Source: Candidatus Abyssobacteria bacterium SURF_5 (GTDB taxonomy: Bacteria; Abyssobacteria; SURF-5). From it: DNA of 64,000 nucleotides. Where the stretch lies: assembly GCA_003598085.1 (NCBI GenBank), contig QZKU01000145.1, positions 9,123-73,122 of the forward strand, written 5' to 3'. Shown here piece by piece: positions 35,922 through 45,706 of this stretch. The number at the start of each line of letters is the position of its first letter. The first letter of the stretch is position 1. The notes under the pieces were generated by a model that saw only the letters and a list, made by a program, of their open reading frames with translations, did no database searches and was not told the DNA's origin. Both the position numbers and the translations under genes were made by a program.

Positions 35922-37061
35922 ATGGCTTCTGTTTCCCCGATGCTTGAAATAACCGACGCCATCATGGAGGTCGGCGGCAAGACTCTGAAGGTATGCATGC
36001 AGTGCGGCACGTGCACGGGAGTATGTCCCTGGAATCTGGTGGACGAATTCAGCCCGAGGCTCTTGATCCGGCTGGTCAGCCTGGGCATCGAAGGATATGA
36101 ACAGGACAGCCTGTGGAATTGCGTCACCTGCGCCACGTGCGTCACCCGGTGCCCCCGTGGAATCGATATCATCGATGTCATCAGATCGACGCGGAGCGTC
36201 ATGCTCGAGAGCGGAATCGTGCCGCCGGCCTATCGCGTGCCTCTCGCAAGCCTGCGCAATGAGGGGAATCCGTGGAGCTCTCCCCGCTCGGAACGCGCGG
36301 ATTGGGCGGCAAAATTGAATATTCCCGAGTTCTCCGAGGCGACCGAACATCTGCTTTTCGCCTGCTGCACCCATGCGTATGACGCCCGAAACAGGAAGGT
36401 CCTGAAGGAGACGGCCGAACTGCTTCTAAAAGGAGGCGCCTCCGTCGGCATTATCGGAACCGAGGAAAGCTGCTGCGGCGACCAGGCGCATAAATGCGGC
36501 GCTCTGGAAACATATACGGCGCTGCAGGAAGCCAATACCGAGCTTTTTGCCGCTCGCGGAGTCAGAAAGATCATCACCACGTCTCCTCATTGCCTGAATC
36601 TGTTCATCAAGGAGTATAAAGGCGAGTTCGATGCAGTCCATTACACGCAAGTCTTCGCGAAGCTCATCAAGGAGAAAAAGCTTGTTCCTGCAAAACCGGT
36701 CCCATTGAAGGTCGCCTATCACGATCCCTGCTACCTGGGCCGCCACAACAACATTTATGATGAGCCGAGAGACGTTCTCCGCAGCATTCCCGCACTGGAG
36801 TACGTGGAACTTCCCCGATGCAAGCAAAGGAGCCTGTGCTGCGGCGGAGGCGGAGGCGGCATCTGGTCTGAAATCGAAGTCGAAAAACGTTTCAGCGTGC
36901 TGCGCATACGGGAGGCGAAGGAAGCCGGCGCAAACGTGATAGCCACCGCGTGCCCGTTCTGCATGATCATGCTCGAGGACGGCCTGAAGGCTTCAGGCAT
37001 CGATGAGAGCGAGATGAAGATTCTCGATGTGAGCGAGTTACTCTATGAATCGGTCGAATAA
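35922..37061 (+). CDS. HdrD-like Fe-S oxidoreductase (2x[4Fe-4S] plus two CCG domains)
   Basis: CMQCGTCTGVCP, CVTCATCVTRCP, SCCG, YHDPCYLGR, CCGGGGG, TACPFC. Confidence 0.88.
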   Translation: MASVSPMLEITDAIMEVGGKTLKVCMQCGTCTGVCPWNLVDEFSPRLLIRLVSLGIEGYEQDSLWNCVTCATCVTRCPRGIDIIDVIRSTRSVMLESGIVPPAYRVPLASLRNEGNPWSSPRSERADWAAKLNIPEFSEATEHLLFACCTHAYDARNRKVLKETAELLLKGGASVGIIGTEESCCGDQAHKCGALETYTALQEANTELFAARGVRKIITTSPHCLNLFIKEYKGEFDAVHYTQVFAKLIKEKKLVPAKPVPLKVAYHDPCYLGRHNNIYDEPRDVLRSIPALEYVELPRCKQRSLCCGGGGGGIWSEIEVEKRFSVLRIREAKEAGANVIATACPFCMIMLEDGLKASGIDESEMKILDVSELLYESVE

Positions 37062-37076
37062 AACGGCGGGGAAATC

Positions 37077-40000
37077 ATGAGCAGAGAATTTCCATTAAGA
37101 GAGGAACGAATCGGTTTCTATATCTGTCATTGCGGTATCAATATCGCATTCAAGGTCAGATGCGCTGAAGTAGCCGAGTATATCGGAACATTGCCCGGCG
37201 TCGCCGTCTCGCGCGATTACCTGTTCATGTGCTCTGATCCCGGGCAGGAGATTATCGAGAAAGACATCAGGGAGCTCGACCTGACGCGCGTGGTGGTCGC
37301 TTCCTGCTCCCCCCGCATGCACGAGCATACCTTCAGGGCGGCATGCGCGCGAGCCGGCCTCAACCCCTTCCGGGCATTTCATCATGTCTGCGTCCGGGAG
37401 CATGTATCCTGGGTCACTCTCGACGAAGACCAGGCCACCGAGAAAGCAAAACTGCTCGCTCGCGCCGGCATCAGGCGCGTGCGATATCAATCCGACCTCT
37501 TTCCCAAAACCTTCCCCGTCAATCCCAACACGCTCGTGGTCGGCGGCGGAATCACCGGAATGCAAGCGTCGCTTGACGTCGCAAAGGCAGGTTACAAGGT
37601 GTATCTCGTCGAGCGGCAGGCCACTATCGGCGGCCACATGCTCCAATACGACAAGACCTTCCCGACCATGGACTGCGCCGCCTGCATCGGTACGCCCAAG
37701 ATGGTCGCCGTCGGCCAGAATCCGAACATCGAAATTCTCTCCCTGAGCGAGGTCGAAGAGATCAGCGGTTTCGTCGGCAACTTCAAGGTCAAAGTGAGAA
37801 AGCACGCCCGCTACGTGAAAGCTGACAAGTGCACAGGCTGCGCCGAATGCACCAAGTATTGTCCCATCATCGTGCCGAATGAATGGGATGTGAACACGAA
37901 GCAGCGCAACGCCGTGTACCGGCCGTTCCCGCAAGCGGTCCCCATCACGTTCGCCATCGATAAAAAGGACAGGGGCCCCTGCGTCCAGACGTGTCCCGCC
38001 GGCACCAATGTGCAAGGCTACGTCACGATGATCCGAGAGGGCAAATACAAGGAAGCCCTCAAGATAATCATGGAAAACCTCCCGCTCCCGGGCGTGCTCG
38101 GCAGAGTCTGTCCGGCCCCATGCGAAAAAGAGTGCAGGAGAGGCGAAGTCGATGAGCCGGTTTCAATCCGGAACCTGAAGCGCTTCGCCGCCGACCAGGC
38201 GGATTGGGAAACGCTCGAACTGCCCGAAATCGATATGAAGCCGCCTGAGGAAAAGGTGGCGATCGTGGGATCGGGCCCGGCAGGCCTTGCCTGCGCGTAT
38301 TTCCTCGCCCGAAAAGGATATCATCCGACCGTCTTCGAGGCCTTGCCGGAGGTCGGCGGCATGCTGCGGGCCGGCATCCCCGATTACCGCCTGCCGCCCG
38401 AGGTGCTCAATCGCGAAGTGAATTATATCCGCCGCCTGGGAGTCGAGATCAAGACCAACGCTCCCATCGGCGGAGAAACAACAATCGAGAGCCTCCTCGC
38501 CAATGGCTTCAAGGCAGTGTTCTTGTCGACCGGCGCCCACAACGAATTCAAACTCGGTGTCGAGGGCGAAGACGCCGCAGGCGTGCTGAAAGGAATCTCG
38601 TTCCTGCGCGACGTGAATTTCTGCGCGAATGGAGAGGTGGGCAAGAAGGCCGTCGTTATCGGCGGCGGCGCGGTCGCCATGGACGTGGCCCGCGTCGCTC
38701 GGCGCAAGGGCGCCTCGGAAGTGCACGTCTATTGCCTTGAGAAGCGACACGAAATGCCCGCGTGGGTCGAGGAGATCGAAGCCGCCGAGGCCGAAGGAAT
38801 CGAGATTCATAATGCATGGGGCGTCAAACGGATATTGACGAACGACGCGAAAGTCAAGGGCATCGAGTTCAAGCGATGTACCGCGGTATTTGACGAAAAC
38901 AAGAGATTCAGTCCGCAGTACGATGATTCTGAAACCATAACCGAAAACTGCAATACGGTTCTGGTTGCAATCGGCCAGAGACCTGATCTGTCCTGCCTCA
39001 ACGGCTCGAAGGATGTCCAGCTTACCCGAAGAGGCCTTATTGCCGCCGATCCGGTCACCTTGCAGACCAGCAAGCCCGGCGTTTTTGCGGGCGGCGAAAT
39101 GTATTCCGGGCCCTCGCTTGTGGTGCAGGCGGTGGCGACCGGCAAGGAGGCCGCCATTTCCATCGAGCGCTACTTGAAGAGCGAAGACCTTGTTCTCGAC
39201 AGGCCCGAGCGTCCAAAGGGCGAGAACTGGGCCCCCATCCCTGAAGACGTCCAGAAGGCCGCTCGTGCGAAAATGCCCGAACTCGCGCCCGCTGACAGAG
39301 TGAACGGCTTCGTCGAAGTCGAGACGGGCTTCACCGAGGAGCAAGCCAGAGCCGAAGCCGCCCGCTGTCTCTCGTGCGGCGTGTGCTGCGAGTGCAAGCA
39401 GTGCGTGCCCGCTTGCGAGGCGAAGGCAATCGACCACGATGCCAAGGACGAAATCGTCACGCTCGACGTGGGCTCAATTATCCTGGCCACCGGCTTCGAC
39501 ATCATGGACCCGACGCCGATGCAGGAGTACGGCTACGGCAAATACCGCAATGTTCTGACAAGCTTGGAATTCGAGCGCCTCTCCAACGCCACGGGTCCCA
39601 CCTCCGGCAAAATCCTTCTCCGGGACCCGAACGACAGGTGGAACCACACCCGGCCCCCCAAGAGCGTCGCATTCCTGCACTGCGTCGGCAGCCGCGACAA
39701 AAACTATCACGACTATTGCTCGCGAACCTGCTGTATGTACGCGCTGAAAATGGCGCACCTGGTTAAGGACAAGTGCGGCCATGACACGCAGGTGTTCAAT
39801 TTCTACATCGATATGCGGTGCTTCGGAAAAGGACAGGAGGAGTTTTACCGCCGCATCCAGGATGAGGGCGTGAGGATGGTCCGGGGCAAGGCCGTCGAGG
39901 TGACCGATAAGGCGGAGGACCCGAGCGAAGAAGGAATGCTCATCGTACGGGCGGAAGACTCGCTGATCGGCAAAATGCTGAGGGTGCCGGTCGAGATGGT

Positions 40001-40508
40001 GGTTCTGTGCACGGCCATGGAACCGCGGCCGGACGCCCTGGAGGTGGCCAGAATCTTCGGCCTATCACTCAGCGCCGACGGCTTCTTCATGGAAGAACAT
40101 CCGAAGCTCGAGCCGGTCTCGACCCCAACCTCCGGCGTCTTCCTCGCCGGCGCTTGCCAGGGTCCGAAGGACATAACTGATTCAGTCGCGCAGGCAAAAG
40201 CGGCCGCCAGCGAAGCGCAGGCGCTTTCCACCCTGGGGAAAGTGATCGTCCCGCCGATGATAAGCCATATCGACGAAGACATCTGCATCGGCTGTCAAGT
40301 CTGCATCGGGTTGTGCCCGTACTCTGCGATCGAATTCGACGAATTCAAAAAGGTTAGCGTGGTGAATGAGGCTGTTTGTAAAGGATGCGGGAGCTGCGCC
40401 GCCTACTGCCCGAGCGGCGCCGCCGACATACGCCATTTCACCCAAAAACAGATTTTCGGTGAAATCGAGGGAATCCTCGTAGGAGCCAAGGAGACACGCG
40501 ATGAGTAA
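37077..40508 (+). CDS. hdrA: HdrL-type flavoprotein: HdrA with an inserted GltD/NfnB-like FAD/NAD(P)-binding module
   Basis: ICHCG, SCSP, GGGITG, KTFPT.DC and a ferredoxin motif. Insertion at ~37977-39380 carries GRVCPAPCE, GSGPAG and GGGAVAMD. Then EFER, CVGSRD, YCSRTCC..ALK and a C-terminal ferredoxin. Confidence 0.9.
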   Translation: MSREFPLREERIGFYICHCGINIAFKVRCAEVAEYIGTLPGVAVSRDYLFMCSDPGQEIIEKDIRELDLTRVVVASCSPRMHEHTFRAACARAGLNPFRAFHHVCVREHVSWVTLDEDQATEKAKLLARAGIRRVRYQSDLFPKTFPVNPNTLVVGGGITGMQASLDVAKAGYKVYLVERQATIGGHMLQYDKTFPTMDCAACIGTPKMVAVGQNPNIEILSLSEVEEISGFVGNFKVKVRKHARYVKADKCTGCAECTKYCPIIVPNEWDVNTKQRNAVYRPFPQAVPITFAIDKKDRGPCVQTCPAGTNVQGYVTMIREGKYKEALKIIMENLPLPGVLGRVCPAPCEKECRRGEVDEPVSIRNLKRFAADQADWETLELPEIDMKPPEEKVAIVGSGPAGLACAYFLARKGYHPTVFEALPEVGGMLRAGIPDYRLPPEVLNREVNYIRRLGVEIKTNAPIGGETTIESLLANGFKAVFLSTGAHNEFKLGVEGEDAAGVLKGISFLRDVNFCANGEVGKKAVVIGGGAVAMDVARVARRKGASEVHVYCLEKRHEMPAWVEEIEAAEAEGIEIHNAWGVKRILTNDAKVKGIEFKRCTAVFDENKRFSPQYDDSETITENCNTVLVAIGQRPDLSCLNGSKDVQLTRRGLIAADPVTLQTSKPGVFAGGEMYSGPSLVVQAVATGKEAAISIERYLKSEDLVLDRPERPKGENWAPIPEDVQKAARAKMPELAPADRVNGFVEVETGFTEEQARAEAARCLSCGVCCECKQCVPACEAKAIDHDAKDEIVTLDVGSIILATGFDIMDPTPMQEYGYGKYRNVLTSLEFERLSNATGPTSGKILLRDPNDRWNHTRPPKSVAFLHCVGSRDKNYHDYCSRTCCMYALKMAHLVKDKCGHDTQVFNFYIDMRCFGKGQEEFYRRIQDEGVRMVRGKAVEVTDKAEDPSEEGMLIVRAEDSLIGKMLRVPVEMVVLCTAMEPRPDALEVARIFGLSLSADGFFMEEHPKLEPVSTPTSGVFLAGACQGPKDITDSVAQAKAAASEAQALSTLGKVIVPPMISHIDEDICIGCQVCIGLCPYSAIEFDEFKKVSVVNEAVCKGCGSCAAYCPSGAADIRHFTQKQIFGEIEGILVGAKETRDE

Positions 40509-40929
40509 GGAGTTCGAACCCACAATTGTTGCTTTCCTCTGCAACTGGTGCACGTTCACCGCTGCGGACCTCGCCGGCACGTCGCGCCTCAGTTATCCCG
40601 AGAACGTCAAGATAATCCGCATGATGTGCAGCGGCATGGTCGATCCGCTCTATGTTCTCAAAGCCTTCATGGAGGGGGCGGACGGCGTTTTCATCGGAGG
40701 ATGCTGGCCCGGCGACTGCCATTATATCAACGGCAACCTGAAGGCGCGCCGGCGAGTGGCGTTGCTTACGGAAATTCTGAAGCAGTTCGGAATCGAGGAG
40801 GACAGGTTCTGGCTGCGCTGGGTTGCCGCCAGCGACGGCGTCATGTTCCAGGAGTTCTCCAAACAGATGACTGAAAAGCTCCGACAAATGGGGCCGAGCC
40901 CGCTCAGTGTCAATCAAACAATCGCGTGA
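40501..40929 (+). CDS. mvhD: MvhD/FlpD-type [2Fe-2S] subunit
   Basis: FLCNWC..AADLAG, RMMCSG.VDP, GADGV..GGC..GDCHY..GN. Confidence 0.93.
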   Translation: MSKEFEPTIVAFLCNWCTFTAADLAGTSRLSYPENVKIIRMMCSGMVDPLYVLKAFMEGADGVFIGGCWPGDCHYINGNLKARRRVALLTEILKQFGIEEDRFWLRWVAASDGVMFQEFSKQMTEKLRQMGPSPLSVNQTIA

Positions 40930-40951
40930 GGATTCGCTGAGGAGAATTGAG

Positions 40952-42088
40952 ATGACGGAATACAGCAAACTGGTTGCTCAAGATGGTTCGATAAACAAAT
41001 CGCTGGCCTCTTTTTTCAGGACCATGCTCGAGAAGAATGTCGTGGACGCCGTCCTCGTGCCGGCCCACCAGAATCCAAAGGGAGTCATGCAGACGCTGAT
41101 TACCGCCCCGGAAGCGCTCGATGCCGTTGACCCCTTCGCGCCTGTAGCGCCGACGAATTCGGCAAGACTCGTGACCCGGCTCACGAACGTCCCCTCCGGG
41201 AGGCCGGTGGCGGTGGTGATGCGGTCGTGCGAGATACGGGCGCTCCTCGAACTGGTCAAACTCAAGCAGGCGAACGTCGACGACCTCCTTTTGATCGGAA
41301 TTGACTGTCTCGGCAGATACGAAAATGCCGATTACTTGAAATACGAACAAGGCGGCGCCACGACCGAGGACTTCCTCAAAGCCGCTTGCGGAGACAAAGG
41401 AACCAAAAGCGCCGACGGGTTCGACGTTGCCGTCGCCTGCCGGATCTGCGAATATCCGGCGGCAGACAATGCGGATGTCCGCCTCTGCGTCATTGGCGCC
41501 TCTCCGGGCGAGGTCTTTGTCGAGTGGGCCACGGAGAAAGGGCTGAATGCACGCAAGGCGATGGGACTCGAAGCGGAAGCAGGCCCGGCCGGCCGCGACG
41601 CGGCGGTGCAACAGATCAAGAAAACGAGAACCGCGCAACGAGACAAGGTGTTCTCCGATATGTATGAGCACGTCGGGAGCATGGAGAAGCTGCGGGATCA
41701 TCTGGCTGGTTGCATAAATTGCTATAACTGCCGCGCGGCCTGCCCCGTCTGTTATTGCAAAGAATGCGTCTTCGTCACCGATACCTTCCGCCACCCCGGC
41801 GACCAATACCTCTCATGGGGCGATAAGCGCGGCTTCATGAAGATGCCAACCGAGACAGTGCTGTTCCACCTGACTCGCATGACTCACATGAGCGCGCTGT
41901 GCGTGGGCTGCGGCCAGTGCTCGAGCGCGTGCCCGAATGATATCCATGTGACCGAGCTTTTCAGGTCGGTCGCCAACAGGACTCAGGCCAGATTCGACTA
42001 CCATCCGGGCAGATCGCTCGATGAGCCTCAGCCGCTGGCGGTGTTCTATGCGGAAGAGCTTACGGAAGTAACCGGACAAGTTAAGTAG
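40952..42088 (+). CDS. FdhB/FrhB-like Fe-S subunit (F420-hydrogenase beta-like with 2x[4Fe-4S])
   Basis: RSCEIRAL.ELVK..QA, IGIDC.G, CINCYNCRAACPVCYCKEC, FHLTR..H, CVGCGQCSSACP; RBS GAGGAG. Confidence 0.8.
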   Translation: MTEYSKLVAQDGSINKSLASFFRTMLEKNVVDAVLVPAHQNPKGVMQTLITAPEALDAVDPFAPVAPTNSARLVTRLTNVPSGRPVAVVMRSCEIRALLELVKLKQANVDDLLLIGIDCLGRYENADYLKYEQGGATTEDFLKAACGDKGTKSADGFDVAVACRICEYPAADNADVRLCVIGASPGEVFVEWATEKGLNARKAMGLEAEAGPAGRDAAVQQIKKTRTAQRDKVFSDMYEHVGSMEKLRDHLAGCINCYNCRAACPVCYCKECVFVTDTFRHPGDQYLSWGDKRGFMKMPTETVLFHLTRMTHMSALCVGCGQCSSACPNDIHVTELFRSVANRTQARFDYHPGRSLDEPQPLAVFYAEELTEVTGQVK

Positions 42089-42097
42089 GAGAAACCA

Positions 42098-45000
42098 ATG
42101 ACTGAGGAAAACGCTGTCGGAACAGTGCTCGTCGTGGGCGCCGGCATCGCCGGAATCAAATCCGCCCTCGAATTGGCCGAGACGGGTTATAAAGTTATCC
42201 TTACCGACAATTCGCCTTCTGTCGGCGGCATCCTGCAAAAGCTCGACCATCAGTTCCCAACCGACCACTGCGGAATGTGCAGGATGCTGCCGCTGGTCGG
42301 ACGCGAACACGCGTCGCAGCACTGCATGCGCAAAAGCCTGTTCCATGACAACATCGAGATTCTTCCGTTCACCGAGATCACATCCGTTAAAGGAGACGCA
42401 GGCGCCTACACAGTGGAGCTGCTCAGACGGGCGCGGCATGTCAATACCGATATCTGCAACGGACTCGGCAAGTGCATCGACGTGTGCCCGGTGGAAGCGC
42501 CCGACGAATTCAATCAGGGCCTTACCCGGCGCAAAGCCATCTACAAGCCTGTCCCTCATAATGTCCCCCAAATGCTGCTCATAGATATGCAAGCCTGCAC
42601 CAGGTGCGGCGAGTGCGTGAAGGCGTGTCCGGTGAACGCGATCGACCTGGAGGCGCAGGACGAAGCGAGCCTGGTCGAGGTGAATGCAATAATACTCGCG
42701 GCCGGCGCGACTCTCTATGATCCCGCCACAGATGATGACGCGAAAGCATATGCGGTCTCGCCCGACGTCGTCAGCTCGTTGGCCTTCGAGCGCATCTTGA
42801 GCGGATCGGGCCTCTACGACGGGACGATCCGCCGCCCGTCGGATGGCAAGCCCGCCAAACGCATTGCCTGGATTCAATGCGTCGGCTCCCGCAACCGCAG
42901 GAAGGGCCGAGATTATTGCTCGTCCATTTGCTGCATGTTCGCGCTCAAAGAGGCGGTGCTCGCCCATGAAAAGGGAGGGCCGGACACCGAGACAACCATC
43001 TTTTACATGGATATGCGCACCTTCGGGAAGGAGTTTTATCAGTACCGCGAGCGGGCCGAACGCGAATACGGCGTGCGCCTTGTTCGCTGCCGCGTTCAGA
43101 GCGTGTTGCGGGAGGCCGACGGCTCGCTGCTGGTCCGATACCTCGATCAGAAAACCGGAGAATTTGTCGAAGACTCCTATGACATGGTGGTGCTTTCGAC
43201 CGGTCAGGCGCCTTTCGAAGACCATCGCAGGCTCGCCGAATTGCTCGGCTTGGATCGCGCGCCCTCGGGACTGCTCCCCCTGCTCGACTTCGAGAAAGTG
43301 AAGCTGGTGAAGCCGGGAATCTTTATCTGCGGCTCGCTGATGGGGCTCACCGACATCAGCGAGGCCATCACCAGCGGGATCGCAGCGGCAGGTGAAACAT
43401 CGAAAATGCTTCTTGCCTCCGGGATCAAAAGGCTGGAAGACGAGCCGGCTCCGGAACGGCCGGTGGACAAACAGGCTCCGCTTGTATCGGTCGTTCTGTG
43501 CAGTTGTAAAGGAGTCAAGGCGCCCGAAGGGCTCGACCTCGAGCCGCTGATCTCGACCATCAAGAAATATCCCGGAGTGGGTGAAGCTCATCTCGTGGAG
43601 GCGCTGTGCCGGGAAGAGGGAGAGCAGGAGCTTAAGGAAATCCTCGAGCAGACAAAATGCAACCGGCTCATCATCGGAGCCTGCCTCCCGTACGTGTACC
43701 GGCAGCGGTTCAGGAAGCTGGCTCAAACCGCAGGTTTCAATCCGGCCCTGGTGGAGATATTTGATCTGTTGAGCGCGGCGAGACATGGCCTGCCGGAGAC
43801 AAACGGGACCGATTGGGTGCAGTTGGCTTTAGAGGAAATGAGCGCGCTGCTCGAAAAACTTAAGCTGGCGCAGGCGCTTCACTCTCATGCTCTGCCCATC
43901 CATCAGACGGCGCTCGTGGTCGGCGGCGGCGTCGCAGGTATGCGAGCCGCCCTCTCCCTTGCCGATCGAGGGATCAAAACACACCTGGTGGAAAAATCCG
44001 ACCGGCTCGGCGGGCATGCGGCCAATGGATTGCATTACACGATTGACGGATTAGACCCCGCCGGCCTGGTCTCCGAACTGAACCGGAAAATCGAGGAGCA
44101 GCGGAACCTGACAGTCCATTTGAACAGCGAGATTATTGGCTCCAAGGGTGCGCTCGGACGCTTCACTACCGAAATCCGCAGCAGCGACAGCAACCAAAAA
44201 CTCGAGCACGGCGCGGTGATCATAGCCACCGGCGGTCATGAAGCCAAAACCACTGAATACGCCTACGGCCAGAGCGAGCGCGTTGTGACCCAGGTTGAAC
44301 TGGAGGAGCGACTGACAGCCGGGGAACTCGATGCGGCAACTCTGGAGAACGTGGTGATGATTCAATGCGTCGGCTCGCGGGAGAAAGGCGCGCGCGAGTA
44401 CTGCAGCCGCATCTGCTGCGCGGCCGCATTGAAGAACGCATTCAAGATCCTTGAGAAGAATCCTGCGGCCCGCATCTACATCCTCAATCGGGACATGATG
44501 ACCTACGGCTTCCTCGAGAAATACTATACCAGGGCGCGAGGCGAAGGGATCATGTTCATCAATTATGAACTCGATCAGAAGCCGCAGGTGGAGATCGTTG
44601 ACGACAAGCCGCTCGTGAAATTCACCGATCCGGTCCTCCAGATGCCGCTCGAGGTGACCGCCGATCTGCTGGCGCTCGCCACCGGCATACAGCCCCCTTC
44701 ATCCAACGAACAGCTTGCCCAAAGCTTCGGCTTGCCGCTCACGTCGGAAGGCTTCTTTCAGGAGGCCGATTCGAAATGGCGGCCGGTCGAATTCAAGAAG
44801 CTGGGCGTCTTTCTCGCGGGCACGGCGCACAGCCCGCTGCCACTGAACGAATCGCTCATGCAGGCTGAGGCCGCGGCGCAGAAAGCCTACGCCCATATCT
44901 CCCGACGCACGATTCAAACGGCACGAGCCGTATCCAAAGTGCACGACGCCATCTGCGCCCGCTGCCAAATATGCGTGGAAATCTGCCCGTACAATGCGCG

Positions 45001-45199
45001 CGCGTTTGATCCTGAACAGAACTGCATCGTCGTCGACTCGGCAGCATGCCAGGCCTGCGGCCTGTGCGCGGTCGCTTGCCCGAACAAAGCCGCGGAAGTG
45101 CAGGGCTGGAGCGAGAAACAGACGCTGGCGATAATCGACGCGAAGCTGAGAAGCACCGGCCATTCGCGGCGGCGGGCCGGCAAGGAGGTAACAACGTGA
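42098..45199 (+). CDS. hdrA: HdrA-like flavoprotein with two tandem HdrA FAD modules
   Basis: GAGIAG and GGGVAG dinucleotide motifs; two QCVGSR...YCS..CC..ALK motifs; internal and C-terminal ferredoxin motifs. Confidence 0.88.
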   Translation: MTEENAVGTVLVVGAGIAGIKSALELAETGYKVILTDNSPSVGGILQKLDHQFPTDHCGMCRMLPLVGREHASQHCMRKSLFHDNIEILPFTEITSVKGDAGAYTVELLRRARHVNTDICNGLGKCIDVCPVEAPDEFNQGLTRRKAIYKPVPHNVPQMLLIDMQACTRCGECVKACPVNAIDLEAQDEASLVEVNAIILAAGATLYDPATDDDAKAYAVSPDVVSSLAFERILSGSGLYDGTIRRPSDGKPAKRIAWIQCVGSRNRRKGRDYCSSICCMFALKEAVLAHEKGGPDTETTIFYMDMRTFGKEFYQYRERAEREYGVRLVRCRVQSVLREADGSLLVRYLDQKTGEFVEDSYDMVVLSTGQAPFEDHRRLAELLGLDRAPSGLLPLLDFEKVKLVKPGIFICGSLMGLTDISEAITSGIAAAGETSKMLLASGIKRLEDEPAPERPVDKQAPLVSVVLCSCKGVKAPEGLDLEPLISTIKKYPGVGEAHLVEALCREEGEQELKEILEQTKCNRLIIGACLPYVYRQRFRKLAQTAGFNPALVEIFDLLSAARHGLPETNGTDWVQLALEEMSALLEKLKLAQALHSHALPIHQTALVVGGGVAGMRAALSLADRGIKTHLVEKSDRLGGHAANGLHYTIDGLDPAGLVSELNRKIEEQRNLTVHLNSEIIGSKGALGRFTTEIRSSDSNQKLEHGAVIIATGGHEAKTTEYAYGQSERVVTQVELEERLTAGELDAATLENVVMIQCVGSREKGAREYCSRICCAAALKNAFKILEKNPAARIYILNRDMMTYGFLEKYYTRARGEGIMFINYELDQKPQVEIVDDKPLVKFTDPVLQMPLEVTADLLALATGIQPPSSNEQLAQSFGLPLTSEGFFQEADSKWRPVEFKKLGVFLAGTAHSPLPLNESLMQAEAAAQKAYAHISRRTIQTARAVSKVHDAICARCQICVEICPYNARAFDPEQNCIVVDSAACQACGLCAVACPNKAAEVQGWSEKQTLAIIDAKLRSTGHSRRRAGKEVTT

Positions 45200-45705
45200 C
45201 TGATCTTGCGACAGCGAATAAGGACCTGTGGCGGGACGTCTTCGACAGCGAAGACCTGCGCTATTGCTTCAATTGCAGCACCTGCATCTCCGGCTGTCCC
45301 GCATCCAATGCGAACCCGCCGCTTCTGATCAGGAGCCTTGTTCGCATGGTAATCCTCGGGCTGGAAGACGAATTGCTCGAGCAGGACACGCCGTGGACCT
45401 GTGTCACCTGTTCGCGGTGCGAGGAGTTCTGTCCCATGGATGTGAAACCGTTTGAGCTGTGCCTCGCGGTGCGCCGGTGGCAAAGCCGCAACGACGAGAC
45501 GCGCATCCCGCCGTCGATCGTCGAGATTTACAGCCGGGGCTACACGCAGGCGGTGGAACGAAACACTGAACAGAGAAAATCACTCGGTTTGCCCGAAAAA
45601 CTGCCGGTAATCACCGAATATCCGGAACTGCTGGAAAAGTTCCGGCAAATGCTCATGCAAACCAAGGTGATCAGCGATAACGCCTATATGTTCGAAGGGG
45701 TGTGA
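45196..45705 (+). CDS. hdrC: Heterodisulfide reductase subunit C-like
   Basis: CFNCSTCISGCP and WTCVTCSRCEEFCP; GTG start overlaps the previous stop, after AGGAGG. Confidence 0.88.
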   Translation: MTDLATANKDLWRDVFDSEDLRYCFNCSTCISGCPASNANPPLLIRSLVRMVILGLEDELLEQDTPWTCVTCSRCEEFCPMDVKPFELCLAVRRWQSRNDETRIPPSIVEIYSRGYTQAVERNTEQRKSLGLPEKLPVITEYPELLEKFRQMLMQTKVISDNAYMFEGV

Positions 45706-45706
45706 A

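Noticed and set aside
37077..45199. Selenocysteine recoding in HdrA/MvhD, as seen in some anaerobes
   Set aside because: The ORFs are uninterrupted and the relevant positions are Cys (DCAAC, HCGMC, GDCHY); no in-frame TGA.
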